Program-made: the position numbers and the translations under genes
Shown: positions 9,856 through 18,810 of the stretch, piece by piece
Numbering within the stretch: position 1 is the first letter of the stretch
Layout: the number at the start of each line of letters is the position of its first letter
Notes under the pieces: generated by a model
Seen by the model: the letters and a program-made list of their open reading frames with translations, nothing else
Databases searched by the model: none
Told to the model about the DNA's origin: nothing
Assembly (NCBI GenBank): GCA_041658955.1
Contig: JBAZZE010000002.1
Span: 12,505 to 76,504 of the forward strand
Direction: 5' to 3'
DNA: 64,000 bases
Source of the DNA: Candidatus Shapirobacteria bacterium
GTDB taxonomy: Bacteria; Patescibacteriota; Microgenomatia; UBA12405

Positions 9856-10285
9856 CGGATTTTAGGTTTAATTTTTGACTATCTCCAGAATTTAGTTCGA
9901 TGACATATTGGGATGGTGCAGTACTGCGGTAAAGTTTTTGTTGAAGGTCAGGGACTGAAGGTTGAGGTACCGCATTTTCAATATTGATAATTTTGCCATC
10001 ACCATCAAGGAAAATCATATCGAGTGGTATTAGAGTATTTTTCATCCAAAAGATTTGTTCTGTAGGTGCTTCGGAGACAAAGATCATGCCACAGTTACTG
10101 CAAAGTGAAGTTCTTTTCATTAGGCCGTTTGATTTTTGAGTGACAGTAGAGGCAATTTCCAGAGTGTATTCTTGATCCTTTATCTTTAAAGCAGTCTTTT
10201 TAAATGGAGTCAAAGCAAAGAAATTTTGATAAATAATGAAAGAAAAAATGCCTAGTGCTATTAGGATGATGATATTTTTTGCCAT
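9827..10285 (-). CDS. DUF192 domain protein (N-terminal signal/TM anchor)
   Basis: 152 aa. The core GLMKRTSL...GMIFVSEAPTEQIFWMKNTLIPLDMIFLDGDGKIINI matches the DUF192 consensus (GLM.R..L...GMLF.f....fWMknT.iPLDiiF.d). Confidence 0.75.
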   Translation of the reverse strand: MAKNIIILIALGIFSFIIYQNFFALTPFKKTALKIKDQEYTLEIASTVTQKSNGLMKRTSLCSNCGMIFVSEAPTEQIFWMKNTLIPLDMIFLDGDGKIINIENAVPQPSVPDLQQKLYRSTAPSQYVIELNSGDSQKLNLKSGDKIELPQF

Positions 10286-11451
10286 AGTGACTCCCCTATT
10301 CTATCCCAAGTATGGGTAGTTGCGTAGGACAATCCTTGAGAACCATATAGCTTTAGATCCTGCGGATTATTTAGCGAATTTATTTTTTTGGAGAGATCAA
10401 GTGGATCACCTGTTCTAAATATTATTCCAGCGTTAGAACGATTAATTAATTCGGTGGAGGTTGGTATGTCAGCGCCGATAACGGGAATACCTCGGGCCAT
10501 GGCTTCGAGTAAGACAATACCAAAACTTTCTTGAGTTGATGCTGAAATAAGAATTGAGCACTTGTCGAGCAATTTTTTGAGGTCTACATCGGAAAATGAA
10601 TTAATCAGGGATATCCGATTCTGGTAGGACTTAGGAAGTTTTTTGATTTTTGATCTAATAACCGGAGAATAGAGTGTAGTTTGTCCTGCTAGAGTTAGGG
10701 TTGTGGTTGGTGGAAGATGCTTTAGTGAATCAATGATAACTTCGATACCCTTGTGGGCGGCGAATGAACCAATATAAAGGAGTTTTAGCACTTTAGAAAG
10801 TTTGAGCCTTGGAACTTTAATTAGAAGGGATCTATCGATGCCATTACCCACGTTTATCATTTTGGACAATGGTATTCCAAAATGTTGATGAAAATAATTT
10901 GTTTCAAAATCAGTTAAGGTCCAAATAAAATCTGAAGACTTTAGAGCATGAATTAAAAAAGGATTATGAAAATCTTTATCAGTAGGATGAAAAGAAGCGT
11001 TGACAAGAATTTTAGTCTGATGGCGAATAATAAAATTTGAGATAAGCCGCAAGAAATTAGCATAGAGAACAATAGTGGTTGGTAGTGGACCGGCAATAAT
11101 ATAGTCTGGTTTGAATTGGAGATAAAACTTTAAAAACTTTAGAAATGGAAATGGTTTAAAGATCGGTCCTTTGGTAAATACTGAAAATATGGGAAAAAGT
11201 CTTGATACAAGTTTTAGTGGTCGATGGAAGATTGTATAAACTGGAAGTTTAAACTTAGAATTGTTCGAGTTTGGTTTAGTAAAGATGGTTCTATATGAAT
11301 GTGTGAAGTCGTCAGTGGAAGAGGCATCGCTACAAAGAGAGGCTACAGTGTGACCTTGGGTTTTAAAATAATCCCCTACTTTGTGAATAACTCTAGAACC
11401 GCCATCGATTGCGGGTGGGCAAATGTGACTGATTAGTAAAACACGGGCCAT
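10261..11451 (-). CDS. GT4 family glycosyltransferase
   Basis: 396 aa with the motif STQESFGIVLLEAMARGIPVIGADIPTSTELI. Confidence 0.8.
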   Translation of the reverse strand: MARVLLISHICPPAIDGGSRVIHKVGDYFKTQGHTVASLCSDASSTDDFTHSYRTIFTKPNSNNSKFKLPVYTIFHRPLKLVSRLFPIFSVFTKGPIFKPFPFLKFLKFYLQFKPDYIIAGPLPTTIVLYANFLRLISNFIIRHQTKILVNASFHPTDKDFHNPFLIHALKSSDFIWTLTDFETNYFHQHFGIPLSKMINVGNGIDRSLLIKVPRLKLSKVLKLLYIGSFAAHKGIEVIIDSLKHLPPTTTLTLAGQTTLYSPVIRSKIKKLPKSYQNRISLINSFSDVDLKKLLDKCSILISASTQESFGIVLLEAMARGIPVIGADIPTSTELINRSNAGIIFRTGDPLDLSKKINSLNNPQDLKLYGSQGLSYATTHTWDRIGESLWQKISSS

Positions 11452-11474
11452 TTGTTATAGTATAGTTTACGAAT

Positions 11475-12410
11475 ATGCTCAAAAAAGTATTGTCTTCGGA
11501 GTGGCTTAGGGCTGTCTTGTCAGTTGGACTTATATACTTTGCTTTTAGAAAGGTAGATGTCCTTCACCTGTTTAAAGAATTTACGATGGTACCGCCGTGG
11601 TTTGTGGTGGTAATGATTCTCTATTTTATTATGACTACCGCGATGGGCGGTATTCGCTGGAGCTGGCTAGTATTAGAAAAGACAGGTCTAAAAGATTATT
11701 GGAATTTCACTCGGGCAGCATATCTAGGTGGTTTTTATGGACTGTTTTTCCCGACCGGACTGGCGGCTGACGCTATTAAGTGGGTACCCCTTTTGAGTCG
11801 GTATCCGGAATTATCTAAAACCAAAATTGCTGCTTCAGTGCTGATTGACCGGATTATTGGACTCGCGGCGTTTGTAATCGTCGGGTTTGGGGCGCTGCTT
11901 ATGGGTCAGTCTCTGGGATATGTGTTTCCCCCTATATTACTATTGGTGTTTGGAGGATTATTCTTCGGAACTGTCGGTTTTTTTATTGTAGTTTTCTTAT
12001 TTGATTACGAAAAATATTTTGATAATTATTTTGGTAGGTTTACATTGTATAAGAGACTAATTCAGGTGATGGATATATTGAAAAAAGGTAATCGTAGAAG
12101 AATCCTTAATTGTTTTTTACTTTCCCTGGCTGCAGAGCCAATTTGGATGATACCAACTTGGTTTTATAGTAATATTTTTGGAGCCGGAGTAAGTCTATTG
12201 CAGGTCTATATTTTTATACCGGTAATTTCCTTAATTTTGCTTCTCCCGATATCAGTGGCTGGTTTTGGCGCTAGAGAGAACTTATTTTTATTTTTCTTAG
12301 TACCGCTGGGGTATGCTCCAGAAAAAGTTCTTCTGATGTCTACCTTTGGTGGAGTTTTGGCTGTGCTAAATAGCTTAATTGGTGGATTATTAATTTTTAT
12401 TAAAAAATGA
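11475..12410 (+). CDS. Flippase-like membrane protein (LPG_synthase_TM / UPF0104 family)
   Basis: 311 aa with about 8 TM helices. The motif IRWSWLVLEKTGLKDYWNFTRAAYLGGFYGLFFPTGLAADAIKW resembles the lysyl-PG-synthase TM/flippase-like domain that commonly accompanies GT2 polyprenol-phosphate glycosyltransferases. Confidence 0.55.
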   Translation: MLKKVLSSEWLRAVLSVGLIYFAFRKVDVLHLFKEFTMVPPWFVVVMILYFIMTTAMGGIRWSWLVLEKTGLKDYWNFTRAAYLGGFYGLFFPTGLAADAIKWVPLLSRYPELSKTKIAASVLIDRIIGLAAFVIVGFGALLMGQSLGYVFPPILLLVFGGLFFGTVGFFIVVFLFDYEKYFDNYFGRFTLYKRLIQVMDILKKGNRRRILNCFLLSLAAEPIWMIPTWFYSNIFGAGVSLLQVYIFIPVISLILLLPISVAGFGARENLFLFFLVPLGYAPEKVLLMSTFGGVLAVLNSLIGGLLIFIKK

Positions 12411-13378
12411 TTTTAATTGTCGGAGGAGCTGGATATATAGGTTCTCAAGTAAATAAATATTTAACGAAAGAGGGTTATGAAACGGTAGTGTTTGACAACT
12501 TGAAGACCGGGCATGAAGAAGCCATTAAATGGGGTAAATTCTTTAAGGGAGACCTAGCCAATATCGCCGATATTGAAAAGGTGTTTACAGAATATAAGAT
12601 TGATTTGGTATTTAATTTTGCTGCCTATATTGAAATGGGTGAATCGGTAGCTGAGCCTGAAAAATATTATTACAACAATTTGGTAAACACTCTAAATCTG
12701 TTGTCGGTAATGCGCAAACATGGGGTGGATAAAATAATCTTTTCCTCGACGGCTGGAGTGTTTGGAGTGCCAGAAAGAGTACCGATTGCCGAGGATGATC
12801 GAAGAGAACCTATCAATCCCTATGGCCAGACAAAGTTCATGATCGAGAATGTCTTTAAAGACTACGGACTCGCGTATGGACTTAAGTATGTCGTTTTTAG
12901 ATATTTCAACGCTTGCGGAGCCGATCGTGATGGTGAGCTAGGCGAGAGTCATCAACCAGAATCACATCTTATCCCGCGGATTTTTATGTTTGCCAAAGGA
13001 GAGCTACCAGAATTTGTAATCAATGGTGATGATTTTGATACACCGGACGGGACTTGTATTCGAGATTATGTTCATGTGGAAGATCTGGCAAGAGCACACG
13101 TACTAGGCGTAAAACACCTTCTAAGTGGCGGCGAGAGTAAATTTTATAACCTGGGAAGTGGTAGTGGTTATTCCAACAAAGAAGTGGTTGAAGCCGTCAA
13201 AACAGTTACTGGAATTCCCTTTGAAGTAAAGTTCGGCGCCCGCCGCGCGGGTGATAGTCCTCGGCTACTAGCTAGTATCGACAAAGTCAAAGCTGAGCTA
13301 GGCTGGGAACCAGAATATAAAAAAATTGAAGATATTGTCAAAACTGCGTGGGCGTGGGAACAGAAGAAATCGTTGTGA
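12407..13378 (+). CDS. galE: UDP-glucose 4-epimerase (extended SDR)
   Basis: 323 aa. MILIVGGAGYIGSQV (Rossmann GxxGxxG), a catalytic YGQTK motif, DGTCIRDYVHVEDLA, and full-length similarity to GalE. Confidence 0.9.
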   Translation: MILIVGGAGYIGSQVNKYLTKEGYETVVFDNLKTGHEEAIKWGKFFKGDLANIADIEKVFTEYKIDLVFNFAAYIEMGESVAEPEKYYYNNLVNTLNLLSVMRKHGVDKIIFSSTAGVFGVPERVPIAEDDRREPINPYGQTKFMIENVFKDYGLAYGLKYVVFRYFNACGADRDGELGESHQPESHLIPRIFMFAKGELPEFVINGDDFDTPDGTCIRDYVHVEDLARAHVLGVKHLLSGGESKFYNLGSGSGYSNKEVVEAVKTVTGIPFEVKFGARRAGDSPRLLASIDKVKAELGWEPEYKKIEDIVKTAWAWEQKKSL

Positions 13379-13390
13379 TATAAGTAAACA

Positions 13391-14062
13391 GTGATAATAA
13401 ATATTATTGTTCCGGTATGTAATGAGGAAGGAAGAGCGGTAGATACCATTCGGGAAATACTCATAATTAGTAGGAATAACTTGATCGTAGTGGATGATGG
13501 CTCGACTGATAAGACGTTTTCGATATTGAAAAAGAATTTTCTTCTGAACAAACGGATTACGCTTTTGTCTCATGCGTTTAACTTAGGTAAGGGTGCGGCA
13601 GTCAAAACGGGGGTGGAAAAAGCGTGGGAGAATGGTGCAGAGGCAATAATTGTAATTGATGCTGATGGTCAGCATAATCCCAAGCATTTGCCAGAATTTG
13701 AGAAAGAATTGATTAGAAACAGAATTGTCTTTGGTTATCGAGACATGGGAGTTAAGGCACCACTAGTTCGTCGTTATGGAAATATAGTGGCATCAAAATT
13801 GATTGGACTTATATTCAACATTCATAAAAAAGATTTGTTATCGGGATACCTAGCTTTTAGAAAAGAGGTTTATCCCCTACTTCGATGGTATTCGACACGG
13901 TATGGACTAGAGACAGAAATGGCCGCAAAAATAGGTAGAAATAATTTGGCTTTTTCTGAAATTAAAATTGATACAATTTATAAGGATAAGTACAAAGGAG
14001 TATCGATACTGGATGCCATTAAAATCCTTTTGCAAATCCCAATTTGGTTTTTTGAAAAATGA
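13391..14062 (+). CDS. Polyprenol-phosphate glycosyltransferase, GT2 (GtrB/DPM1-like)
   Basis: 223 aa, with GTG start. IIVPVCNEE...VVDDGSTDKT...VIDADGQHNP is the classic GtrB/dolichol-P-sugar synthase signature. Confidence 0.8.
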   Translation: MIINIIVPVCNEEGRAVDTIREILIISRNNLIVVDDGSTDKTFSILKKNFLLNKRITLLSHAFNLGKGAAVKTGVEKAWENGAEAIIVIDADGQHNPKHLPEFEKELIRNRIVFGYRDMGVKAPLVRRYGNIVASKLIGLIFNIHKKDLLSGYLAFRKEVYPLLRWYSTRYGLETEMAAKIGRNNLAFSEIKIDTIYKDKYKGVSILDAIKILLQIPIWFFEK

Positions 14063-14388
14063 ACATCCAAGGAGTCCAGCTAGCATTACTAGGGTTTGCT
14101 TTATTCATGATCTATGTACTATATCTTCATTTTAAAAAAAGAGAAATAACTCCACTAATTTTTTTGGCGTGGATGATTATTTGGAGTATGTTTATCACTG
14201 TTGTTCTGTTTCCAAAAATTCTTCAACCTTATTTGAACAATATGTTCATGCTGACAGTAGTGGATCTAATTATGGTGATAGCGTTTATGGTACTGACTTT
14301 TGTGACGGTCGAAAATAATATTAAGATCAGAACACAAGAAGAAAAAATGGAAATACTAGTGAGAAAAATAAGTAATGTTAAAAAATAA
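14059..14388 (+). CDS. DUF2304 family small membrane protein
   Basis: 109 aa with 3 TM helices and a C-terminal charged helix (IRTQEEKMEILVRKIS). It is translationally coupled immediately downstream of a GtrB-like GT2, the usual DUF2304 context. Confidence 0.55.
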   Translation: MNIQGVQLALLGFALFMIYVLYLHFKKREITPLIFLAWMIIWSMFITVVLFPKILQPYLNNMFMLTVVDLIMVIAFMVLTFVTVENNIKIRTQEEKMEILVRKISNVKK

Positions 14389-14394
14389 AATAAT

Positions 14395-15399
14395 ATGTTT
14401 CAGGCTATGGATAGAAAAAAAATAAGAAACATACTAATTGTCGGAGGAGCTGGATATATTGGATCGCATGTGAACAAGGAACTCTCAAGAAATGGCTATA
14501 AAACAATTGTACTTGATAACCTTTCGACCGGAAGTGAAGACTCAGTAAAATGGGGAAAATTTATTAAAGGTGATTTAGGTGACACAGATGTTTTAGATAA
14601 CGTTTTTAAAAACCATCTAATTGATGCCGTAATGCACTTTGCGGCATATAAAGCTGTGGCTGAGTCGATGATTGACCCAAGAAAATACTATCAAAATAAT
14701 GTAATAAACACGATAAATTTATTGAATGTGATGATGCGCCACAAGATAGACAAATTTGTTTTTTCTTCTTCTGCAGCTACTTATGGCGATGCAAGATATA
14801 ACCCTGTTGATGAGCTACATCCACAATTACCGATGAACCCGTACGGTCGGACAAAGTTGATGATAGAACAAGTGTTAATGGATTATTACCATGCTTATGG
14901 TTTCAAATCAGTATCTTTTCGGTATTTTAACGCGGTCGGGGCAGATAGAGACTCTGAAATTGGTGAGCGAAGTGGTGCTGGTCTAAACCTGATACCACTT
15001 GTTTTTGATGCTGTTTTTGGTAGAAAAAATAGTATTAGTATATTTGGTACTAACTATTCAACTCCTGATGGTACTTGTGTCCGCGACTATATACATGTAT
15101 CCGATTTGGCAATGGCACATATTAAAGCACTAAGTTTTTTTGATAGTGGAGGTGAATATGATGTATTTAACCTTGGTAATGGAAAGGGCTTTTCTGTTCG
15201 TGAGGTTATCGATACCACCAAGAAAATCACTGGAGTTGATTTTAATGTAATTGAAACAGATCGACGAGCTGGTGACTCAGAAATAGTAGTGGCAGATAGT
15301 AGTAGAGCTCAAAAAGTATTGGGTTGGAGTCCTGAGTACACTGACTTGAGAAAAATTATTGAGACAGTATGGAAGTGGGAAAATAAGAAGAAAATCTAA
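14395..15399 (+). CDS. galE: UDP-hexose 4-epimerase, second GalE paralog (possibly UDP-GlcNAc/GalNAc specific)
   Basis: 334 aa. ILIVGGAGYIGSHV, YGRTKLMIE, DGTCVRDYIHVSDLA. By eye it is about 50-55% identical to the first copy. Confidence 0.85.
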   Translation: MFQAMDRKKIRNILIVGGAGYIGSHVNKELSRNGYKTIVLDNLSTGSEDSVKWGKFIKGDLGDTDVLDNVFKNHLIDAVMHFAAYKAVAESMIDPRKYYQNNVINTINLLNVMMRHKIDKFVFSSSAATYGDARYNPVDELHPQLPMNPYGRTKLMIEQVLMDYYHAYGFKSVSFRYFNAVGADRDSEIGERSGAGLNLIPLVFDAVFGRKNSISIFGTNYSTPDGTCVRDYIHVSDLAMAHIKALSFFDSGGEYDVFNLGNGKGFSVREVIDTTKKITGVDFNVIETDRRAGDSEIVVADSSRAQKVLGWSPEYTDLRKIIETVWKWENKKKI

Positions 15400-16388
15400 G
15401 TTTTATTTTTCATTAGGTCGAAAAAGATGCGACGTTTACTCATCGTTCTGGAGTGTTTAGCTAGAACTGGAAAGTATGCATGAAAAAGTGCCTGAGGGAC
15501 AGTGATTATTGATTTGAATCTATCTATTTTGACTGTTTGTTTGATGAGTCCTGACATATTGCGCAGTCTTTCTTCAATGATTTGGAAGATATTATCTATA
15601 AGTTCTTTCTTTGTATAAAGTTTTTGGATGATAAATATCCAGTTTTTGGAATCATGAATATGTCTAAAGTTCCCCATTTTTTTACTAGTACCGCCACCGA
15701 GGTGGTATGAAATGGCGGATGGGACCAGAAGTGTTTTGTAACCTAGTTTATGTAAGCGAAGGTTTACGTCAACATCTTCTTCGTACGCAAAGAAATCTTC
15801 ATCAAATAGTCCAATGTTAATTAAAGTTTGTCGATGATATACAATTACTGCTGCTGTACTTCCCCAAATAATTGAGTTGATCATTCTTTGATTTTCTTTT
15901 TTGTCATACACTTTTCCTGAATCTATGTTTTCACACTTACCTGAATATTTGAAGTTTAGGCCAGTAGATTCATAGTGTGTTCCTGCTTTGTTCAAGACAG
16001 ATCCACAAAAAGTTACCATTCTATTATTTTTAGACCTTTCTATCGCGTTGATTATTTTAGGAAACCAGTCTGGTTCAAGGGTCAGGTCGTTATTAAGTAA
16101 ACAAACGTATTCGTACTTAGCTTTGATAATTCCTTGGTTCACCGCAGGGGCGAATCCCCTGTTTATTTTGTTATATATTACTGTTTTATCCTGCTTGGCT
16201 AGGACTTTGTTAAATACTTCAACGCTATTATCGGAGGAACCGTTATCGACCAGAATAATTTCAAACTTAGAATTGCTGCATAATGAAATAGATTTGATGA
16301 GAGCTTTAAGGCAATCTTCTAGATATGTAACACCGTTATAACTAGGAATAATAATTGAAACGTTTGACATTTGTTTTACTAAGAACAT
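15396..16388 (-). CDS. GT2 family glycosyltransferase
   Basis: 330 aa. VSIIIPSYNGVTYLEDCL...ILVDNGSSDNS. Its stop overlaps the galE stop in CTAA. Confidence 0.8.
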   Translation of the reverse strand: MFLVKQMSNVSIIIPSYNGVTYLEDCLKALIKSISLCSNSKFEIILVDNGSSDNSVEVFNKVLAKQDKTVIYNKINRGFAPAVNQGIIKAKYEYVCLLNNDLTLEPDWFPKIINAIERSKNNRMVTFCGSVLNKAGTHYESTGLNFKYSGKCENIDSGKVYDKKENQRMINSIIWGSTAAVIVYHRQTLINIGLFDEDFFAYEEDVDVNLRLHKLGYKTLLVPSAISYHLGGGTSKKMGNFRHIHDSKNWIFIIQKLYTKKELIDNIFQIIEERLRNMSGLIKQTVKIDRFKSIITVPQALFHAYFPVLAKHSRTMSKRRIFFDLMKNKT

Positions 16389-16455
16389 TATACCAATACT
16401 TAGTTTAATCTTTTATAAAAATATAAATAAATAGTGTTTATATAATTTAATATAC

Positions 16456-16464
16456 TGTTATAAT
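16456..16464 (+). promoter_or_regulatory. Candidate extended -10 element (TGtTATAAT) 6 nt upstream of the acyltransferase ATG, possibly a leaderless transcript
   Basis: TGTTATAAT at 16456..16464 in an 82-bp AT-rich divergent intergenic region. There is no SD sequence before the ATG at 16471. The background is AT-rich, so a chance match is plausible. Confidence 0.2.
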
Positions 16465-16470
16465 GTAAAA

Positions 16471-17445
16471 ATGAGAGACAAAGTAATAGACGTAGCAAGA
16501 GGGATTGCTATTATTTTGGTAATTATAGGACACTCGATACAATATAGTGTACCAGCTTTTGATAGTAATTTAATTTTTAGATACATTTATTCTGTTCACA
16601 TGCCGTTGTTTATGTTTATAAGTGGTTATACATTATTTTTTAGTAGAAATAGAATAAATATTAATTTTTTGATTAAAAAATTCAATTTACTTGTAGTCCC
16701 CTTTTTCTCTTGGTTTATTATTAGTTTTTATTTAAAAAACACTTATTTAACTCAAAGTTTCATCACTAGGTTAATCCAACTTTTAAAGTCACCTGATTAC
16801 GGATTGTGGTTTTTATGGGTGCTTTTTTTAATAAATATTATTTTTATTTTATTATTTTTTATTATTGATAAATTAAAATTTTACGAACTAGAAGATATAT
16901 TTATAATATTTGGTATTTACTTAATCTCAATAATTCCAACAAATGTATTAGGATTGCATCTAGTAAAGTGGTATATTGTATTTTTTTGTATAGGTTATTT
17001 TGTATCAAAGTTTAAAACTATATTATTAAAATCATTGGTTAATTATCAATTTTTAGCGGTATTGCTTTTTGTACCATTTGCATATTTCTGGAATAGAACA
17101 ACCCCACCATCTTTTAATTTGTATTTAGGAAACCATTTTACAAGAGAAATTGTAACAGTAATTACTAGTTTGTATTTATATTTAACACCTTTAACAGGGA
17201 TTGCTACTATACTGTCTGTTTCTAACATTGTTTCAAAACTTAAATATTCAAATATATTTATCTTTATTGGTGGAATTACTTTAGAGATTTATAGTTTACA
17301 TACTTTTTTCTTACATACCCATGGTCAAAGTTTCCTTAATATAAGTTATACATTTTTTACAACTTTAGCTTCTACAATATTGGCCATAATTATATTGAAG
17401 AAAATTATGTTTCTTCGATATATTCTTTTTGGGAGGATAAGTTAG
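16471..17445 (+). CDS. Acyltransferase family 3 (OafA/NolL-like) integral membrane O-acyltransferase
   Basis: 324 aa with about 10 TM helices. The N-terminus RDKVIDVARGIAIILVIIGHSIQY fits the Acyl_transf_3 consensus (R...D..RG.Ai..Vv..H). Confidence 0.65.
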   Translation: MRDKVIDVARGIAIILVIIGHSIQYSVPAFDSNLIFRYIYSVHMPLFMFISGYTLFFSRNRININFLIKKFNLLVVPFFSWFIISFYLKNTYLTQSFITRLIQLLKSPDYGLWFLWVLFLINIIFILLFFIIDKLKFYELEDIFIIFGIYLISIIPTNVLGLHLVKWYIVFFCIGYFVSKFKTILLKSLVNYQFLAVLLFVPFAYFWNRTTPPSFNLYLGNHFTREIVTVITSLYLYLTPLTGIATILSVSNIVSKLKYSNIFIFIGGITLEIYSLHTFFLHTHGQSFLNISYTFFTTLASTILAIIILKKIMFLRYILFGRIS

Positions 17446-18803
17446 ATAAACTTAATTTTGTTAGTTGCAAATACGACCATTTTCATGAGTAACCATCCGT
17501 GTTTGAATCTAGATATGTTTGTTGATCCGTATTCCCTGGCTTTATATCGGATAGGTACTTCAGAGAATTTCAAATTCATCTTGGCACAACCAAAAATTAA
17601 ATCGTAATCTCCAAAAGGATCAAAATTTCCAAAATAATTTCGGTTTTTTTCAAGTTTTTTATAGTTTTCACTTGTAAGTACTTTGGTCCCGCATAAAGTG
17701 TCTTTAATTTGTTGATCTAGAAGCCATGAAAATGCAACTGAAAAAAATTTGTTACCAATTATATTCAAAAAACGCATAGCTTCATCTTCCATTGGATAAA
17801 CTAATCGACAACCGTTTATATATTCACCTTTCCCAGAGTTTATGGCATTGTAAAATTTCGGAAGATCTTCCGGTGGTACTGTAAGATCTGCATCTAAAAT
17901 CATTAAGATATCACCTGTTGCAATGGAAAAACCTTTTCTGACCGCATCCCCTTTTCCAATACCTGTTTGTTTTGTGTATAAAATATTTCTGTCTTTGTAC
18001 TTTTTAGCAATTCTAATGATTTCTTCGTAGGTTCCGTCTGTGGATCCGCCTTCTACAAAAATAATTTCAGTTTTTTTTCCCATAATTGGAGTTCTTAAGA
18101 CGGCGTTTTCAATATTACCCTTTTCATTTCTGGCGGCAATGACAACACTTACAGAGTGCTCCAATGGATTATTTTTTGTGTATCTAGCAATTATGTAATT
18201 AGTTAAATTAAATAATTTAAATACAGGGAACTTACCTACATATTTATTTAAAAGATTCGAAAATATAGGTATATAAATTGGAAAAAGAAACCTACTTCCG
18301 CTTTTTATAACTTGATAACCTTCTAAATCTAACAAATTACATATATCGTTGGTAGTAAGCCAATTAGTTCTTTTTTGTGGTGCCTTTAATCCTAGTTTTT
18401 CAGCTATATCAAGTAGAGGAAGCCATAAAAAGCTGTGGTAGTTTATTATTATCCGGGTATTTTCATTACAATTATTTTTTATTTGATTAAATAGGTACTG
18501 AATATCATTTATCTTTGATAATTGGTCAGAAATTATAATATAGTCAAAGGTACCTTTTATATTAATAGAATCTTCTTTTGCGTAAATGAACTTTATGTGA
18601 CGATATTTTTTTGTTGCGAATTCGACTAAATGTTTTTCAAACTCAATACCCACACCATTTTTCGGCTTTAAGCTATTAATTAAGTAGCCAGTTTTTGAGC
18701 CTATTTCAAGAACACTTGACCCTTCTGGAATATTAAATTTAAAGAAAGATTCTAAATCATGATGATAAAAAATATTTTTATTTATCCATTTTTCTTCATT
18801 CAT
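17442..18803 (-). CDS. Bifunctional class I SAM methyltransferase (N-terminus) and GT2 polyprenol-phosphate/DPM1-like glycosyltransferase (C-terminus) fusion
   Basis: 453 aa. N-terminal VLEIGSKTGYLINSL is SAM motif I. The C-terminal half has VSVVIAARNEKGNI...FVEGGSTDGT...ILDADLTVPPEDLPKF, a GT-A domain. Confidence 0.7.
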   Translation of the reverse strand: MNEEKWINKNIFYHHDLESFFKFNIPEGSSVLEIGSKTGYLINSLKPKNGVGIEFEKHLVEFATKKYRHIKFIYAKEDSINIKGTFDYIIISDQLSKINDIQYLFNQIKNNCNENTRIIINYHSFLWLPLLDIAEKLGLKAPQKRTNWLTTNDICNLLDLEGYQVIKSGSRFLFPIYIPIFSNLLNKYVGKFPVFKLFNLTNYIIARYTKNNPLEHSVSVVIAARNEKGNIENAVLRTPIMGKKTEIIFVEGGSTDGTYEEIIRIAKKYKDRNILYTKQTGIGKGDAVRKGFSIATGDILMILDADLTVPPEDLPKFYNAINSGKGEYINGCRLVYPMEDEAMRFLNIIGNKFFSVAFSWLLDQQIKDTLCGTKVLTSENYKKLEKNRNYFGNFDPFGDYDLIFGCAKMNLKFSEVPIRYKAREYGSTNISRFKHGWLLMKMVVFATNKIKFI

Positions 18804-18810
18804 AGTTTTT

